DNA of 64,000 bases, taken from positions 635 to 64,634 of the forward strand of contig JBBTSO010000001.1 of NCBI GenBank assembly GCA_038064695.1, in the 5' to 3' direction. Shown here one piece after another: positions 28,666 through 38,457 of the stretch. The notes beneath the pieces were generated by a model, which saw nothing but the letters and a program-made list of their open reading frames with translations, was not told the DNA's origin and did not search any database. Position 1 is the stretch's first letter; each line of letters opens with the position of its first letter. The position numbers were made by a program, and so were the translations under genes. Source of the DNA: Patescibacteria group bacterium (GTDB lineage: Bacteria; Patescibacteriota; Minisyncoccia; Phycocordibacterales; Phycocordibacteraceae).

Positions 28666-30402
28666 TTATTCACTCACCACGCGCAACACCTCTTCAATGG
28701 TCGTAATGCCTACCGCTGCTTTGTAAATGCCGTCTTCAAACATCGTGAGCATCCCCTCTTTTTTTGCCTGTTCCTCAAGTTTGTCCGCAGAAGAACCCTG
28801 CAAAATGAGTTCGCGAATTTGTGGAGTCACCGCAAGGATTTCGTGAATACCAATGCGGCCAGCGTACCCTTCGGGACACTCAGCAGTTTCTTTTGGCTTA
28901 TAAAAAGTAACGTCGGTTATTTTTGCGGTCTTAGGAATTTTTTCTTCATCTTTTAAAACTTTGAGTACGTGTTCAAGGTCCACTTTTTCATTCAACTTTT
29001 TTGCTTCATCAGCGGACAGCGTGTACTCTTCGCGATCTGCGCACAATTTGCGCACCAAACGCTGTCCGATAATCACGCGAAGCGTAGAGACCAGCAAAAA
29101 AGGTTCGGCCTCCATATCCACCAAGCGTGGAATAGTTGCTGCTGCTGAGTTGGTGTGAAGCGTAGAGAGGACGACGTGACCAGTCAAAGCCGCGTTGACC
29201 GCGAGCGATGCCGTTTCCGTGTCGCGAATTTCTCCCACCATAATAATGTCGGGGTCTTGACGTACCAGCGCGCGGAGCCCCTGCGCAAAGGTGAACCCGA
29301 TGTCGGGTCTCACCTGCGTTTGGTTCACTCGTGCCATTTGGTATTCAATAGGATCTTCAATGGTTGAAATGTTTACATCGGGCGTATTTAAAATATCCAT
29401 CACGGTATAGAGCGTGGTCGTCTTTCCTGACCCTGTAGGCCCAGTAACCAAAATCATTCCCGTTGCAGCGCGCGTCGCTTCGTGAATGTGCTCTAATCCA
29501 ACGCCGTGAAACCCTAATCCTTCCAAGGTGAACCCTCCTCCCCCTTCGCGAAGCAAGCGCATCACAATTTTTTCTCCGTAGTAGGTTGGCAACACGGAGA
29601 CACGAAAACTTACACGTTCGTTGTCTGCTTCAATTTTAAATCGCCCGTCTTGGGGAAGACGTTTTTCATCCAACCTTAAACGGGAAAGTACCTTGATGCG
29701 CGCCACAATGCCGCTTGCCGCGTGGATGGGGAGTTCCATCGCGTCGTGCAATACTCCGTCAATGCGATACCGGATAAGGAGTTTTTCTTCCATGGGCTCT
29801 ATGTGAATGTCGGACGCATTTTGGATAACGGAGTGTCGTAGCAGTGTGTCAACAATTTTTACCACCGGCACGTCTTCCGCGAGCGAGCGAAGATTTTTTT
29901 CATCTCCCTCCCCGACGTTGGCAATGGAGAGCGACGCCATTTTAATAATGTCACCAAACTCTTCTTTCAAACTTTTTTGATACTGGAGAAGCGCACTCTT
30001 TAGGGATGCCGTGTCAGTGAGGCGCGCCAAAATTTTGAGTCCCACTTTTTTCTTTACAAAATCAATCGCGGCGAGGTCGTTGGTGTCCAGCATGGCAACT
30101 TCCAATGATCCCGCGTCTTTTTTGTACGCCACGATGTTGTTTTTTCTAGCGATGGGCTCAGGAATGAGCATCAAGACATCCAAATCAATTTTCAAATTTT
30201 GAAGCGACACGAAAGGAATGCCCAAAATATGAGCCTGCATACGCCTCACTTCATCTTCTGAGAGAAGGCCCAAAGACACGATGGCATCTCGGAGTGACAT
30301 GACTCTTTCTTTAGCGGCATTTTCAGCATCCCCCATGTCTTTCCGTGACACGAGCCCTGAATCAAGAATAAATGTTTTTAATTGTGTGTCTGACACTTGC
30401 AT
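28666..30402 (-). CDS. pilB: type IV pilus assembly ATPase PilB / GspE family
   Basis: Walker A GPTGSGKTTTLY, Asp box, His box; N-terminal GspII-like domain. Confidence 0.9.
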   Translation of the reverse strand: MQVSDTQLKTFILDSGLVSRKDMGDAENAAKERVMSLRDAIVSLGLLSEDEVRRMQAHILGIPFVSLQNLKIDLDVLMLIPEPIARKNNIVAYKKDAGSLEVAMLDTNDLAAIDFVKKKVGLKILARLTDTASLKSALLQYQKSLKEEFGDIIKMASLSIANVGEGDEKNLRSLAEDVPVVKIVDTLLRHSVIQNASDIHIEPMEEKLLIRYRIDGVLHDAMELPIHAASGIVARIKVLSRLRLDEKRLPQDGRFKIEADNERVSFRVSVLPTYYGEKIVMRLLREGGGGFTLEGLGFHGVGLEHIHEATRAATGMILVTGPTGSGKTTTLYTVMDILNTPDVNISTIEDPIEYQMARVNQTQVRPDIGFTFAQGLRALVRQDPDIIMVGEIRDTETASLAVNAALTGHVVLSTLHTNSAAATIPRLVDMEAEPFLLVSTLRVIIGQRLVRKLCADREEYTLSADEAKKLNEKVDLEHVLKVLKDEEKIPKTAKITDVTFYKPKETAECPEGYAGRIGIHEILAVTPQIRELILQGSSADKLEEQAKKEGMLTMFEDGIYKAAVGITTIEEVLRVVSE

Positions 30403-30509
30403 ACGTTGAATTGTTTTTCTTAGTATTCATCATAGCAATAAATTTTTACCCGAGTTCATTACTTCAGTTTTGACACATACATCTACCTATGGAACACTGT
30501 GAGGCACTT

Positions 30510-30908
30510 ATGAGCGGCAAACCGTTTGGTAGAAATTTTGAGTATCTCGGCAACCGAGACACTGCCTACGACATCGGGGATCACGTTACCGTGACCACCC
30601 ACAATGGGTGTCCCGTAAATGCGGTCGTAAAGACCGTGATGCTCGACCATGATACTGGTGACGTAACGTATAAGGTTCAAATTCAAAGTGGAATTTTAAA
30701 AGGTCCCTATTTTGCATCAGAGAGCCAACTTACCCCAGGGTGGATTTCCACTCCCGACACCTGTGAAGGAGAAGGGTCCACGGCGTCAGAGATAAACAGC
30801 GAAGGGGTGTCCTCGGCTATAAACTCCTCAACTCTTTTACTGGTCATCGCGGGCATCGCCGTACTATACGGGTGGGATAAATTAAAAAATAATACCGCAC
30901 ACGCCTAA
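30510..30908 (+). CDS. hypothetical protein with C-terminal TM anchor
   Basis: LLLVIAGIAVLYGW near C-terminus; alternative start 30489. Confidence 0.4.
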   Translation: MSGKPFGRNFEYLGNRDTAYDIGDHVTVTTHNGCPVNAVVKTVMLDHDTGDVTYKVQIQSGILKGPYFASESQLTPGWISTPDTCEGEGSTASEINSEGVSSAINSSTLLLVIAGIAVLYGWDKLKNNTAHA

Positions 30909-31049
30909 AGTTCTCGACTTTGACAAGTCGCGGCGATGAGAGTATGATGTTTGTATAACCGAATAGTGTGTATGGAAGCTCGTCTTAGTAGACGGGTTTT
31001 CTTTTTAAGATTTTTCGGTTCTTCACTGATTACTCATTACTATCTCTCT

Positions 31050-32369
31050 ATGACATTTGACTTAAAAGGCATCAACTTAGTTATTGACCAACTCGCCGAC
31101 GAGCGAGGCATCCCCCGTGAAAAAATGTTGGAAGCGGTTGAAGGAGCTCTCGCTACCGCGTACAAAAAAGAATACGGGAAACGCGGCCAGATTGTCCGTG
31201 CGCACTTCAACGTAGGAACGGGCGACCTTGATTTTTATCAAGTGAAACTTGTGGTAGACCCAAGCGGTGTCCGCATGGAAGACCCCGACAATGTTCAAAT
31301 GTCCTACCGAGATATTCCAGAAACTACCACTGATGGCGACGAGCGACCATTTTTTAACGAAGAACAGCATATGTTTTTGGAGGACGCAAAGCGCATCAAG
31401 CGCGACGCTGCCGTGGGAGACGAAATTATTTTCCCCCTTGAAACAAAAACGGATTTCGGGCGCATTGCCGCGCAAACCGCAAAGCAGGTCATCATGCAAA
31501 AAATACGCGAGGCGGAACGCTCAAGCGTTATGACCGAATTCGGAGGAAAAGAAGGCGACATTGTAACGGGTGTCGTGCAACGCATGGAGCGCGGAAACCT
31601 CTACGTAGACCTTGGCCGTGCCACGGGCATCATGCCGTACGCAGAGCAAATTCCTGGTGAGCGATACCGCCCCGGAGAGCGTATTCGCGCGTACCTCTTC
31701 CGCGTGGAAGAGGGCCAGCGTGGAGTCTTCTTGCGACTTTCACGCGCGCATCCTAAATTCTTGGAAAAACTTTTTGAACAGGAAGTGCCTGAGCTTGGAA
31801 ACGGAACCATTACCTTAAAGGCGGTCGCCCGCGAGGCAGGGAGCCGTTCAAAAGTTGCTGTTGCCGCAAACGACGATCGCATTGACCCCGTCGGAGCATT
31901 GGTGGGACAGCGCGGCGTTCGCGTTTCAACGGTAACGTCAGAGTTAGGCGGTGAACGCATTGACATTATTGAGTGGAGAGAAACTCCAAGCGAATTTATT
32001 GAAGACTCCCTCTCCCCTGCGCAAGTACTCTCAGTTCAACTTGATGAAGAAAATCACCGCGCGACAGTTGAGGTTACCGATGATCAGCAGTCACTCGCCA
32101 TTGGCCGTGGCGGGCAGAATGTGCGCCTCGCCGCAAAACTAACGGGGTGGTCTATAGATATCCGTTCAGCGAAAGGTGAGGAGCTTGCAGAGACTGACGG
32201 AAACAATGTCTCTGTTACCGAAACACGGGAAGAAACACCTGCTGTAGCATCAGAGACACCTTCAGAAGATGTTTCAGAAGCCGTACTTGCGGAAGCTCAT
32301 GAAGAAGCTCCGGCAGAAATGGACAGCGCGACTGACGTTGAGCCCGACAAAGAAGAGGGGGTTGGATAA
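31050..32369 (+). CDS. nusA: transcription termination/antitermination factor NusA
   Basis: N-terminal LVIDQLADERGIPREKMLEAVEGALATAYKK, S1 and two KH regions, acidic tail; ORF-track start 30951 (TTG) probably too long. Confidence 0.88.
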   Translation: MTFDLKGINLVIDQLADERGIPREKMLEAVEGALATAYKKEYGKRGQIVRAHFNVGTGDLDFYQVKLVVDPSGVRMEDPDNVQMSYRDIPETTTDGDERPFFNEEQHMFLEDAKRIKRDAAVGDEIIFPLETKTDFGRIAAQTAKQVIMQKIREAERSSVMTEFGGKEGDIVTGVVQRMERGNLYVDLGRATGIMPYAEQIPGERYRPGERIRAYLFRVEEGQRGVFLRLSRAHPKFLEKLFEQEVPELGNGTITLKAVAREAGSRSKVAVAANDDRIDPVGALVGQRGVRVSTVTSELGGERIDIIEWRETPSEFIEDSLSPAQVLSVQLDEENHRATVEVTDDQQSLAIGRGGQNVRLAAKLTGWSIDIRSAKGEELAETDGNNVSVTETREETPAVASETPSEDVSEAVLAEAHEEAPAEMDSATDVEPDKEEGVG

Positions 32370-32410
32370 ACGGCGTACACACTTACTAGGTAATACCGTA
32401 TACTACGTCT

Positions 32411-32935
32411 ATGAACCTTTGGCACGATATTGAAGCAGGAACTACTGAGACGATAAACGCCATTATTGAAATTCCACGAAACTCGCGCAACAAGTACGAA
32501 ATTGATAAAGAAACAGGGTTGATTGCGCTTGACCGCGTACTCCATACCGCACAGGTGTACCCGTTTGACTACGGTTTTGTACCGCAAACACTGTGGGACG
32601 ATGGCGACGCGTTGGATGTGGTGGTCTTAACCACTGAACCACTTGCCCCTGGTATTCTTGTCCACGTTCGCCCGGTGGCAATGATGGATATGGTAGACAG
32701 CGGCGACCCTGACGCAAAAATCATTGGTGTCCCGGTGAATGACCCGAGGTGGAGCGCCGTTAAAGATTTAAGTGACCTAAACCAGCACACCGTAAAAGAA
32801 ATAGAACATTTCTTCCTTACCTACAAACAACTTCAAAACAAGAAAGTAGAAGTGAAAGGATGGAGTGGTGCAAAGGAAGCATGCGAAGCGTTTGAACGAT
32901 CTCAAAAACTCTACAAAGAAAAGTTCGCTAAATAA
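32411..32935 (+). CDS. ppa: inorganic pyrophosphatase (family I)
   Basis: EIPRNSRNKYEID, DGDALDVVVL, KIIGVPVNDPRW. Confidence 0.92.
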   Translation: MNLWHDIEAGTTETINAIIEIPRNSRNKYEIDKETGLIALDRVLHTAQVYPFDYGFVPQTLWDDGDALDVVVLTTEPLAPGILVHVRPVAMMDMVDSGDPDAKIIGVPVNDPRWSAVKDLSDLNQHTVKEIEHFFLTYKQLQNKKVEVKGWSGAKEACEAFERSQKLYKEKFAK

Positions 32936-32968
32936 GAAATCCCCGCCTAGGCGGGGATTTCTTATTTA
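32933..32968. terminator. bidirectional rho-independent terminator
   Basis: AAGAAATCCCCGCC-TAG-GCGGGGATTTCTT perfect hairpin. Confidence 0.7.
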
Positions 32969-32973
32969 GAGAG

Positions 32974-34452
32974 TCAAATTTCTATTTTTGGTCGGTATTG
33001 GAGTGCTTCTAAAATATGATGTTCCTCTACGGAGGGCGAACCATCAAGGTCAGCAATGGTTCGGGCAACACGCATCACGCGGTGGTAGGAACGCGGGGAA
33101 AGGTTGAGCATTGTTGCTGACTGTTGCAGTGTGGAAAGCGCAGGAGCGCTGATGTTTATTGTTTTTTCAATTCCACGAGAAGCAATGTCGCTATTGGTTT
33201 TCCCTTTCGTACGCTTCGCGGCAACTTTTCGTGCAGCCATTACGCGCTTTCCCACGGCACTACTTGGCTCTCCTCCGCCCGCTGAAAGTTTGCTATGAGG
33301 AACATGCGGCACCTCAATCCACAAATCAATGCGATCCACGATGGCACCTGACAATTTCCTTTTAAACCGAACCACTTCGCGCTGGTCAGCTCGGTCAGTC
33401 GGCGGATTCATGGCAGCAACGAGCATAATGTTTGCGGGGAAGCGCGCGGTGCCTGACGCCCGCGCGATGGTGATGTATTTATTTTCCAGTGGCTCGCGGA
33501 GTGCTTCAACTGCACGACGGTCAAACTCAGGAAACTCATCCATAAACAAAACCCCGCGGTGCGCGAGCGTTACTTCTCCAGGGCGAACAATGTTTCCTCC
33601 TCCTACCAACGCCACGTACGAAGACGTGTGGTGCGGAGACCTAAACGGCGGATGCAAGACAACGGCTTCATCTAAAACCCCCGCAACTGAGTGCAGCGCG
33701 GTAACTTCAAGCGTTTCGTCGTGAGTCAGTGGCGGCAAAATGCCTGCGAGTGCTTGCGCCAACATTGTTTTTCCCGTACCAGGTGGGCCAGAAAGCGCAA
33801 CGTTGTGCCTTCCGGCTGCGGCAATTTCAATACCTCGCTTTGCGGTTTCCTGTCCCGCAATGTCTGCCAGGTCTAGCACTGATTTTTTATTGGATAACTT
33901 TTTGCGGACGGACGCTACTTTTTCAAGTGGCGCGCCTCCCGTTAAGTGAAACACTACCTCAGCCAGCGTTCCTGCCCCGTAAATTGCAATACCCGAAACG
34001 AGCGACGCTTCGATAACATTTTCTTTTGGCACAATGATGGATAAAAATCCTAAGCTTTTTGCGGCGAGCGTTGCTGCCAGCACGCCCTTTACGGGACGCA
34101 TTCCTCCGTCGAGTGCTAACTCACCAAGGACAATTGTTTTCGTCGCGTCAAACGCAACTTCTTCGGCGGCGAGGAGGTACGCGAGCGCCATCGCCACGTC
34201 AAAGACGGGCCCTTCTTTCTTCACGTCCGCAGGCGCAAGCGAAATAACAATTTTATGATTTTTACTTTTTGGTGCCTCAAATCCAGAGTGTTTGATGGCA
34301 GAGGAAATTCGATCGCGAGCTTCTTCCACCGCTTTCCCGGGGAGCCCCACCACCGTAAACGAATACAGACCCCGCGCGAGGTCTGCTTCAACCGAAATGA
34401 GAGGACTTTTTGGAAACTGAGGCTGAACGCTAAAAACGCGTGCAAATGCCAT
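32974..34452 (-). CDS. comM: YifB/ComM family Mg-chelatase-like AAA+ ATPase
   Basis: Walker A GPPGTGKTMLAQ, Lon-like N-domain, C-terminal Mg-chelatase region. Confidence 0.88.
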   Translation of the reverse strand: MAFARVFSVQPQFPKSPLISVEADLARGLYSFTVVGLPGKAVEEARDRISSAIKHSGFEAPKSKNHKIVISLAPADVKKEGPVFDVAMALAYLLAAEEVAFDATKTIVLGELALDGGMRPVKGVLAATLAAKSLGFLSIIVPKENVIEASLVSGIAIYGAGTLAEVVFHLTGGAPLEKVASVRKKLSNKKSVLDLADIAGQETAKRGIEIAAAGRHNVALSGPPGTGKTMLAQALAGILPPLTHDETLEVTALHSVAGVLDEAVVLHPPFRSPHHTSSYVALVGGGNIVRPGEVTLAHRGVLFMDEFPEFDRRAVEALREPLENKYITIARASGTARFPANIMLVAAMNPPTDRADQREVVRFKRKLSGAIVDRIDLWIEVPHVPHSKLSAGGGEPSSAVGKRVMAARKVAAKRTKGKTNSDIASRGIEKTINISAPALSTLQQSATMLNLSPRSYHRVMRVARTIADLDGSPSVEEHHILEALQYRPKIEI

Positions 34453-34459
34453 TCACCTA

Positions 34460-34822
34460 TTATTGCATATGCGCAATGCAGGTGCGGGCAGCGGGGTTTG
34501 CGTTGAGGCGGTCCATTTCAATTTCTTCACCGGACACTTCACATATGCCAAACGTATCTGCTTGTATGCGCTCAAGCGCTTCATTGACGCTCTGCAGGCG
34601 AACTTCTAATTCGTTGATAGCCGCGTTGTTTTCGTGAAGTGCTTCAATGATGTCGGCGTTGTCATTGCGATCGGCGCCAAACTCCCCAACTTCTGTCGCA
34701 GGTTCCCAGTCAGCAGGGTTTGAGGGGTTTCTTTTTCCGAGCGATGCTAACTCTTTTTGCAAAAGGTCGCGCTCTTTTTCGAGGCGAATTTTAAATTCAT
34801 TCTTCTGTTCAGTATTCAACAT
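34460..34822 (-). CDS. DksA/TraR family protein with degenerate zinc finger
   Basis: Coiled-coil N-term; C-terminal CEVSGEEIEMDRLNANPAARTCIAH (2 of 4 Cys retained). Confidence 0.7.
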   Translation of the reverse strand: MLNTEQKNEFKIRLEKERDLLQKELASLGKRNPSNPADWEPATEVGEFGADRNDNADIIEALHENNAAINELEVRLQSVNEALERIQADTFGICEVSGEEIEMDRLNANPAARTCIAHMQ

Positions 34823-34854
34823 GCGAGCATCATACCATGATGCTTTTTAGGGCG

Positions 34855-35706
34855 CTACGGAGCGTTTGAAACACTGGAAAGTCTGCTCATTATTTCACGG
34901 AGCGTAAATTCGTTCGTGGTGATGACAAGGAGCGTGCGCGTAGGATACGCGTAGAGAATTGGCCACTCGCGTTGGCTCGCTCGTATGTCGGTATTTTTTA
35001 TTATTTGATCGGTGAACACTAAGTTCGGCGCGTCTCTCCCTCCAAAAACTGGTTTAAAAAAATTACCTAACCCCCGGCCCATTTCTTTTTCCCACTCTAA
35101 GAGTGCGTTAAATGAGCGATCGTACGCCGACACTCTCAAAATAATGAATGGCTGGTTTCGATCAAACGCGTGTATTCCCACCATCACCTCAGTAACTTCT
35201 CGCGCCAAGGGGCCGGCGAGTCCAAGGGCGCTCGCAAGTTCAGTCGCGTTAAGGGGAACGCCCCCGCTCGTTATAACTATGTGTTCAATTTCACCGAGCG
35301 ATAAGAGCGCGACGTCGCGCTCCACCGCAAGCAGGTTGGCGAGGGGTATTCCCTCTTCTGTTTCTATTATTTTGGTAGCGTTGGCAAAAATTATTCCAGA
35401 AGGTGGCGGCACTTCGGCCCCATCCCCCCTGCCAAGCAAGTAGACGACGAGCGACACGACCCCAACACCTACCAGAATGAGTGCGATACCTCCCCCAATC
35501 ATAAGACGGGTACGCGCGACATTACGTTCTACTGGTTCTTGTTTAAAACGCTCCCCTGCTCCCTGCTGCGCAGCGACGATGGAGGTGAGCGTTTCTCCGC
35601 GTGACTGAATAGCACGACTCATGTCAGACGCGTACGTTCTAAGACGAGGAATTGCCCCTGTTTCTTTTGGTGATTCTTTTTTTATTGGACTGGAATCATC
35701 TACCAT
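34855..35706 (-). CDS. hypothetical single-pass membrane protein
   Basis: TM LMIGGGIALILVGVGVVSLVVYLL after a charged N-terminus. Confidence 0.5.
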   Translation of the reverse strand: MVDDSSPIKKESPKETGAIPRLRTYASDMSRAIQSRGETLTSIVAAQQGAGERFKQEPVERNVARTRLMIGGGIALILVGVGVVSLVVYLLGRGDGAEVPPPSGIIFANATKIIETEEGIPLANLLAVERDVALLSLGEIEHIVITSGGVPLNATELASALGLAGPLAREVTEVMVGIHAFDRNQPFIILRVSAYDRSFNALLEWEKEMGRGLGNFFKPVFGGRDAPNLVFTDQIIKNTDIRASQREWPILYAYPTRTLLVITTNEFTLREIMSRLSSVSNAP

Positions 35707-35819
35707 ACGTGGTGTTCGCTACCCTTCCTATGGTGCAAAGAGTGAATAAACACATTAATCTGCGTAGCACACAAGAATTGCAGCTGTTAAAGATCAGAAT
35801 AGCACGGGGGCGAGCGCGA

Positions 35820-36452
35820 CTAGCGATACTCATCGGTGTCTGAACCAACGACATGTGGCATATCGCTTTCCTCCCCTCCCTCTACTTCAGGGTGACTCCC
35901 TGTTTGAGGAATAACTACATCACTTCCTGCTGAGGGAAGTGAAAATCGGCTCGTCAATAAAAACTTTTTAGGAGATTCTCCCATATCAATAAACTCATCG
36001 GCAATTTCACGAAGGCGACTTGAAGACGACTTTCCAAATGAAATAACCTCTGCTTGCACGCCGTGAGCTTTTAAGTATTCAACGAGTGGAACAAAATCTC
36101 CATCTCCTGTAGCCAGAATAACCGCGTCTACGTGTTCACTAATTTTAATGGCATCTACTGCCATACCGACATCCCAGTCCGCTTTCTTTGCACCACCGTA
36201 AAAAATTTGAAGCTCCTTCGTTTTCGTTTCAATCCCCATTTTGGTAAGCGCGTCAAAAAATGCTCGCTCTTCACCGCTCTCCGTGGTAACAACATACGCC
36301 ATAGCGCGAATGAGTTTTCTTCCCGCTACTGACTCTTTCAAAACGTTACCGAAGTTTACGCGCGCTTTAAATAAATTCTTTGCGCTGTGATAGAGGTTTT
36401 GTGTGTCAATAAAAACGGCGACACGTTGGTCAGGATGTTTAATAATTGCCAT
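35820..36452 (-). CDS. NYN domain (LabA-like) protein
   Basis: VAVFIDTQNLYHS ... VILATGDGDFVPLV. Confidence 0.75.
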   Translation of the reverse strand: MAIIKHPDQRVAVFIDTQNLYHSAKNLFKARVNFGNVLKESVAGRKLIRAMAYVVTTESGEERAFFDALTKMGIETKTKELQIFYGGAKKADWDVGMAVDAIKISEHVDAVILATGDGDFVPLVEYLKAHGVQAEVISFGKSSSSRLREIADEFIDMGESPKKFLLTSRFSLPSAGSDVVIPQTGSHPEVEGGEESDMPHVVGSDTDEYR

Positions 36453-36579
36453 GTAAAAAGTGATTAATGGCTAACAGTTAGTTGCCAGCCACATAATAAA
36501 TAAAAATACCCTACTCTGCTTAGTAATAGTAACAGAACTTTTGCCAAACACTAACCATTCTCAAATGGAGAACAGGAAA

Positions 36580-36846
36580 CTATTTCTTCAAACCAAGGTT
36601 TTTGGTGAGTTTGTTGTATTCGCGCTTATCATTCTTCTCTAAGTACTTGAGGTGGCTTCTTCGGTCGGCAACCATTTGCAAAAGGCCTCGACGAGAGTGC
36701 TTGTCTTTGAGGTGTTTTTTAAGGTGGAGAGTTAACTCGTTAATTTTCTTCGTTAAAAGGGCAACCTGCACCGAGGCAGAGCCGGTATCAGTATCGTGTT
36801 TTTGCGCCACTTTAACGACGCGGGTTTTCTGGGTTTTCGTAAGCAT
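36580..36846 (-). CDS. rpsO: 30S ribosomal protein S15
   Basis: DTGSASVQVALLTKKINELTLHLKKHLKDKHSRRGLLQMV matches uS15. Confidence 0.95.
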   Translation of the reverse strand: MLTKTQKTRVVKVAQKHDTDTGSASVQVALLTKKINELTLHLKKHLKDKHSRRGLLQMVADRRSHLKYLEKNDKREYNKLTKNLGLKK

Positions 36847-36959
36847 GAGTGGCTACTGTACCATAAATGCCCTTTATTTGCAACATATTCCAAATGGGCC
36901 TTGCAGAACCTCCGCGTAAGGAGTAAGGTCAAAGAACAGTTAATTTTAAACTGAAAATT

Positions 36960-37115
36960 ATGTCATCAATCGATAAACTTGCGTTACGGGCTGATACTAA
37001 TGGAGAGAAGAAAGGTCCAGGTCTTATTGCAGGAACCTTATTTTTGCTCGCCTGCATGGCAGCAACCTACGTAGCAACAAATGTGGTCCTAAAATGGGCC
37101 GCAAATCTTGAGTAG
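36960..37115 (+). CDS. hypothetical 51-aa membrane peptide
   Basis: MSSIDKLALRADTNGEKKGPGLIAGTLFLLACMAATYVATNVVLKWAANLE; no clear SD or promoter; weak. Confidence 0.25.
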   Translation: MSSIDKLALRADTNGEKKGPGLIAGTLFLLACMAATYVATNVVLKWAANLE

Positions 37116-37166
37116 GTGAGTTTTGTAAAAATTTTTGAAAGAAAAACGCATCGTATACTGTTTTGA

Positions 37167-38084
37167 GTGAATCTGACTGACACAAAACGATCATTTCTAG
37201 AGTATTTAGAGGTCTCAAAGGGGCGTTCACTGAAAACGCTTGAGAATTATGACCGTTACCTGACTCGTTTTATTGAATTTTCAAAATTAGACAGTCCAAA
37301 AAACATCACTGATCGCTCCGTGCAGGAGTTTCGTATGTACCTAAACCGCCTCCCTGCCCCAGGGGGAACAATGAAACGAAAGACGCAGAACTATCACCTG
37401 ATTGCGGTTCGTGCTTTCCTCAAATACCTCCAGCGCCAGGGAATTGAAACTCTTGCGCCTGAGCGCATTGAACTCGCTAAAGTACCAGACCGCTCGCTGG
37501 ACCTCATCACTACCCTTGAATTAGAGCGACTTATGAACGCGCCACACGACGCGTTAAAGAAAGAAGATGACCCTCAAAAACAGCAGAAACTGCTTCGCGA
37601 CCAGGCGATGATGGAACTTCTTTTTTCTACAGGGCTTCGCGTATCAGAGCTCTGTGCCTTAAACACCGACATTGACCTCTCACGCGACGAAATGTCGGTG
37701 CGCGGTAAAGGTGACAAGGTGCGTGTGGTTTTTTTATCCGAGCGAGCGAAAAATGCGGTTCGTGCCTACCAAAAAGTTCGCACCGACCTAGAAGAAGCAC
37801 TTTTTGTAGAGGGCCGCGCTAACAAACTTCATCGCATCACCCCCCGAGACGTCCAGCGCCACCTGAAAAAATACGCGGCTATCGCCGGTATTACGAGTAA
37901 AGTCACTCCACACGTTCTGCGACACGTTTTTGCTACCGATCTTCTTGAAAACGGAGCAGACTTGCGTTCAGTACAGGCACTCCTTGGACACGCCAACATA
38001 GCAACTACCCAGGTGTACACCCACGTTACCGACAAGCACTTGCGCGACATTCATAGAGCATTCCACGGAAAAAAGAGGCGCTAG
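37167..38084 (+). CDS. tyrosine site-specific recombinase (XerC/XerD family)
   Basis: GTG start; C-terminal LRHVFATDLLENGADLRSVQALLGHANIATTQVYTHV with catalytic Y. Confidence 0.88.
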   Translation: MNLTDTKRSFLEYLEVSKGRSLKTLENYDRYLTRFIEFSKLDSPKNITDRSVQEFRMYLNRLPAPGGTMKRKTQNYHLIAVRAFLKYLQRQGIETLAPERIELAKVPDRSLDLITTLELERLMNAPHDALKKEDDPQKQQKLLRDQAMMELLFSTGLRVSELCALNTDIDLSRDEMSVRGKGDKVRVVFLSERAKNAVRAYQKVRTDLEEALFVEGRANKLHRITPRDVQRHLKKYAAIAGITSKVTPHVLRHVFATDLLENGADLRSVQALLGHANIATTQVYTHVTDKHLRDIHRAFHGKKRR

Positions 38085-38176
38085 AGAGGCGTTGTTTAAG
38101 AGGGTGTATAAATTCGTTGACGTTTTTTATAAGAGGAGTAGAGTAACTGGAATTTATTAAGAGGTCTTGTGGTATA

Positions 38177-38205
38177 TTGACTTTTTATTTAAAATATTAT
38201 ATAAT
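38177..38205 (+). promoter_or_regulatory. perfect consensus sigma70 promoter, leaderless
   Basis: TTGACT(38177-82)-N17-TATAAT(38200-05), ATG at 38213. Confidence 0.6.
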
Positions 38206-38212
38206 ATAACAT

Positions 38213-38371
38213 ATGAATCAAGTACTAGAGATAGGCGCCCACTGGCGTCCCCGAGACATTGAGCACGAGGGTGAAGCTGCGAGCAGACGCCTGTATCATA
38301 TTTTTGCTATCTTAGCTCCAATTTTGGTTGTTATTGGGGCTGTTGCTTTTGGTTTACAAAAAGAGAATTAG
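38213..38371 (+). CDS. hypothetical 52-aa tail-anchored membrane protein
   Basis: MNQVLEIGAHWRPRDIEHEGEAASRRLYHIFAILAPILVVIGAVAFGLQKEN; below ORF-track size cutoff. Confidence 0.45.
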   Translation: MNQVLEIGAHWRPRDIEHEGEAASRRLYHIFAILAPILVVIGAVAFGLQKEN

Positions 38372-38457
38372 TAGGGTCGGTCAAAAATGCTGCCGTTCCC
38401 GACCCCACCTGTCGGTGCGAATGCGAATACAACAGGACTGCGTTACACTAACGATAT

